A stretch of DNA of 64,000 nucleotides from assembly GCA_023213395.1 (NCBI GenBank), contig CM041465.1, positions 123,325,741-123,389,740 of the forward strand. Reading direction: 5' to 3'. Numbering within the stretch: the stretch's first letter is position 1; every line of letters starts with the position of its first letter. This document shows, piece after piece, positions 62,228 through 64,000 of the stretch. A program made the translations under genes and the position numbers. Source of the DNA: Cycas panzhihuaensis (taxonomy: Eukaryota; Plantae; Cycadophyta). Below the pieces are notes generated by a model, which saw only the letters and a list, made by a program, of their open reading frames with translations, did no database searches and was not told the origin of the DNA.

Positions 62228-64000
62228 TGTTGAGGGAATATATCTAGGGGTCTAGTGTACTAACACTACACAATGGCAAATAGTGAAGACAAGCACAATG
62301 TACTCAACAAGAGAAATACTAATAGCTTAAGCTCAAAGAGGAGAAGTGTAGAATATGATCACTCTCCATGTAATTTCAACTTATATAATGAGAATGCTCA
62401 TTAGGGTTTGGAATTTGAGTTTTCCCTCCCAATGATATTCAAATAGGATTACATGAAATTACAATGAAATGAACTTTATGTCATTTCACTTAAGTGACTT
62501 AAGCATAGTCACCTTATCCTAAAGTTATAAACATAAAAGTGACTTTATCTAATTCTAACTTTATGAAATGACCATGTGACATTAACATCGTCACAATTCC
62601 CCCCTTAATGGTAGAAGGTCATTTTTCTTTATCCTATTCTAATCTATGAGGTCTTTATTTTAGCCTCATCATTACATTGAGAAAAAAAATTCTACAACCT
62701 ACAAGACACATTTGTGGGAAAACCCTCAGGGAATAAAAACCCACGGACTTGACTTCCTATTCTATAAAGTGGCTCAAGCGGCTCTTTGAGTGTAGTCAGA
62801 TAGCCAAGCAGTACAATTTGGTTGTGCAGCTTTAATCAGCTGAGTCTTCATATACCGTTTCGTCATCCCCCATGCCCTTTCGGGTTTTTATAGGTTTTAA
62901 TTTTCGAAACAAGTACAACCCAACTCCTTTCACATCCATGAGGGGTTTTCATAAATGGGAGAGAGCAGAGACTTACTCTAATCCTTCCACTCCCATAAGG
63001 GGTTTTCACGAATGGGATAGAGTATGTTGGTCCTGTGTGCCATCTCCTTCAATTAGTTGGAGAAAGAGGCCCTGAGGCCGAGCTACTGTCGGAACTATTC
63101 AAACTTCACCTTTTGTAGCGGTTTGGTGAATATATCAGCCACTTGATTTGCTATGGGGCAGTGTTCCAATTGTATTATGCTGTCATGGACCAGTTCCCGG
63201 ATCTTGTGGACTTTTGTACTAATGTGCTTTGTACGAACATGAAAAACAAGATTCTTGGCCATGTGGATTGCTGACTGATTGTCCACATGTAAGCTTGTTG
63301 TATCTGTCTGGGTAATATCCAAAGTATGTAATAATTTGCGAAGCCATGTCAGCTCCTTGCTAGTCTCAAAAGCAGTTATGTATTCGGCTTCAACAATAGA
63401 ATCTGCAGTGATTTTCTACCGCCTTGACCGCCATGAAATTGGAGTTGCTCAAAGAAATGTGATGTACCCGGATGTTGATCTTCCTGTATTTTTGTCACTG
63501 GCAAAATCCGAGTCTGTGTATGCTGTAAGTTTGAAATAATTGTTGTGGTCATACAACAAACCAAGTTTGCTGGTTGTCTTTAGGTACTTCAACACTCGTA
63601 TTGTTGCTTGCCGATGGTTCTGCTTTGGAGTTGTCATGTGATGGGCAAGAATGACAACGGCATGGACAATATCTGGCCTTGTGTTGGTAACATAAATGAG
63701 GCTACCTACGAGTTGCTGATAGAGTGTTGCGTCTGCCTCTCGAGTGTCTTCGTCGGAAAGTTTGACATTAGGCTGCACTGGAGTATGCACTGTTCTAGCA
63801 TCTTCTAATCGAAACTTGATTAGAAGATTGTTGATATAATTTCCTTGAGAGAGATTTTTCCATTGCATTGAGTTACCTCAATTCCCAAGTAATATCTCAT
63901 TAGTCTGAGATCAGACAGTTCGAAGTATTTTGACAAGTTCATCTTTCATTTATTGATATCCTGCTCACTATTTCTAGTTATCAGCATGTCGTCCACAAAG
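62228..64000 (-). mobile_element. Ty1/Copia element F, 3' part (LTR 62228-62595, RNase H, RT); continues beyond the window
   Basis: TGTTGAG...GTCACA LTR; PPT complement TTCCCCCCTT at ~62597; ORFs 63095-63322 (DNQSAIHMAKN..FHVRTKHI..QVADIFTKPL) and 63449-63868 (YQQLVGSLIY..TRPDI, YTDSDFA). Confidence 0.9.

Overview
Plant nuclear, repeat-rich DNA; a gymnosperm- or fern-like large genome is my inference only. I see no intact protein-coding gene. From left to right: (1) a frameshifted non-RD LRR-XII receptor-kinase pseudogene (1-3161). (2) Degenerate TE debris. (3) A 14.8-kb palindrome built from a ~420-bp tandem repeat. About 18-19 units run forward (10106-18119) and about 16 units of a distinct subfamily run in reverse (18120-24880). 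Both outer ends stop at the same phase of the unit (TGGAAATA...TATTTCCA), and one unit carries a 323-bp TRIM. (4) A nested stack inside an old LINE: a three-LTR tandem Copia (26753-46558, TSD CTCAT/CTCCT), a related Copia inserted in its middle LTR (27156-32269), and a 9.26-kb endogenous caulimovirid inserted in its integrase (34445-43702). The viral insert is one partial copy plus one complete, compact 6.24-kb genome. It encodes a single MP-CP-AP-RT-RH polyprotein with an unassigned ~190-aa C-terminal extension. Both copies begin exactly at the tRNA-Met primer site. (5) Further nested Copia elements and a non-coding LTR element with four tandem primer-binding sites (48126-64000). Coordinates were counted by hand and may be off by a few bases at degenerate ends.
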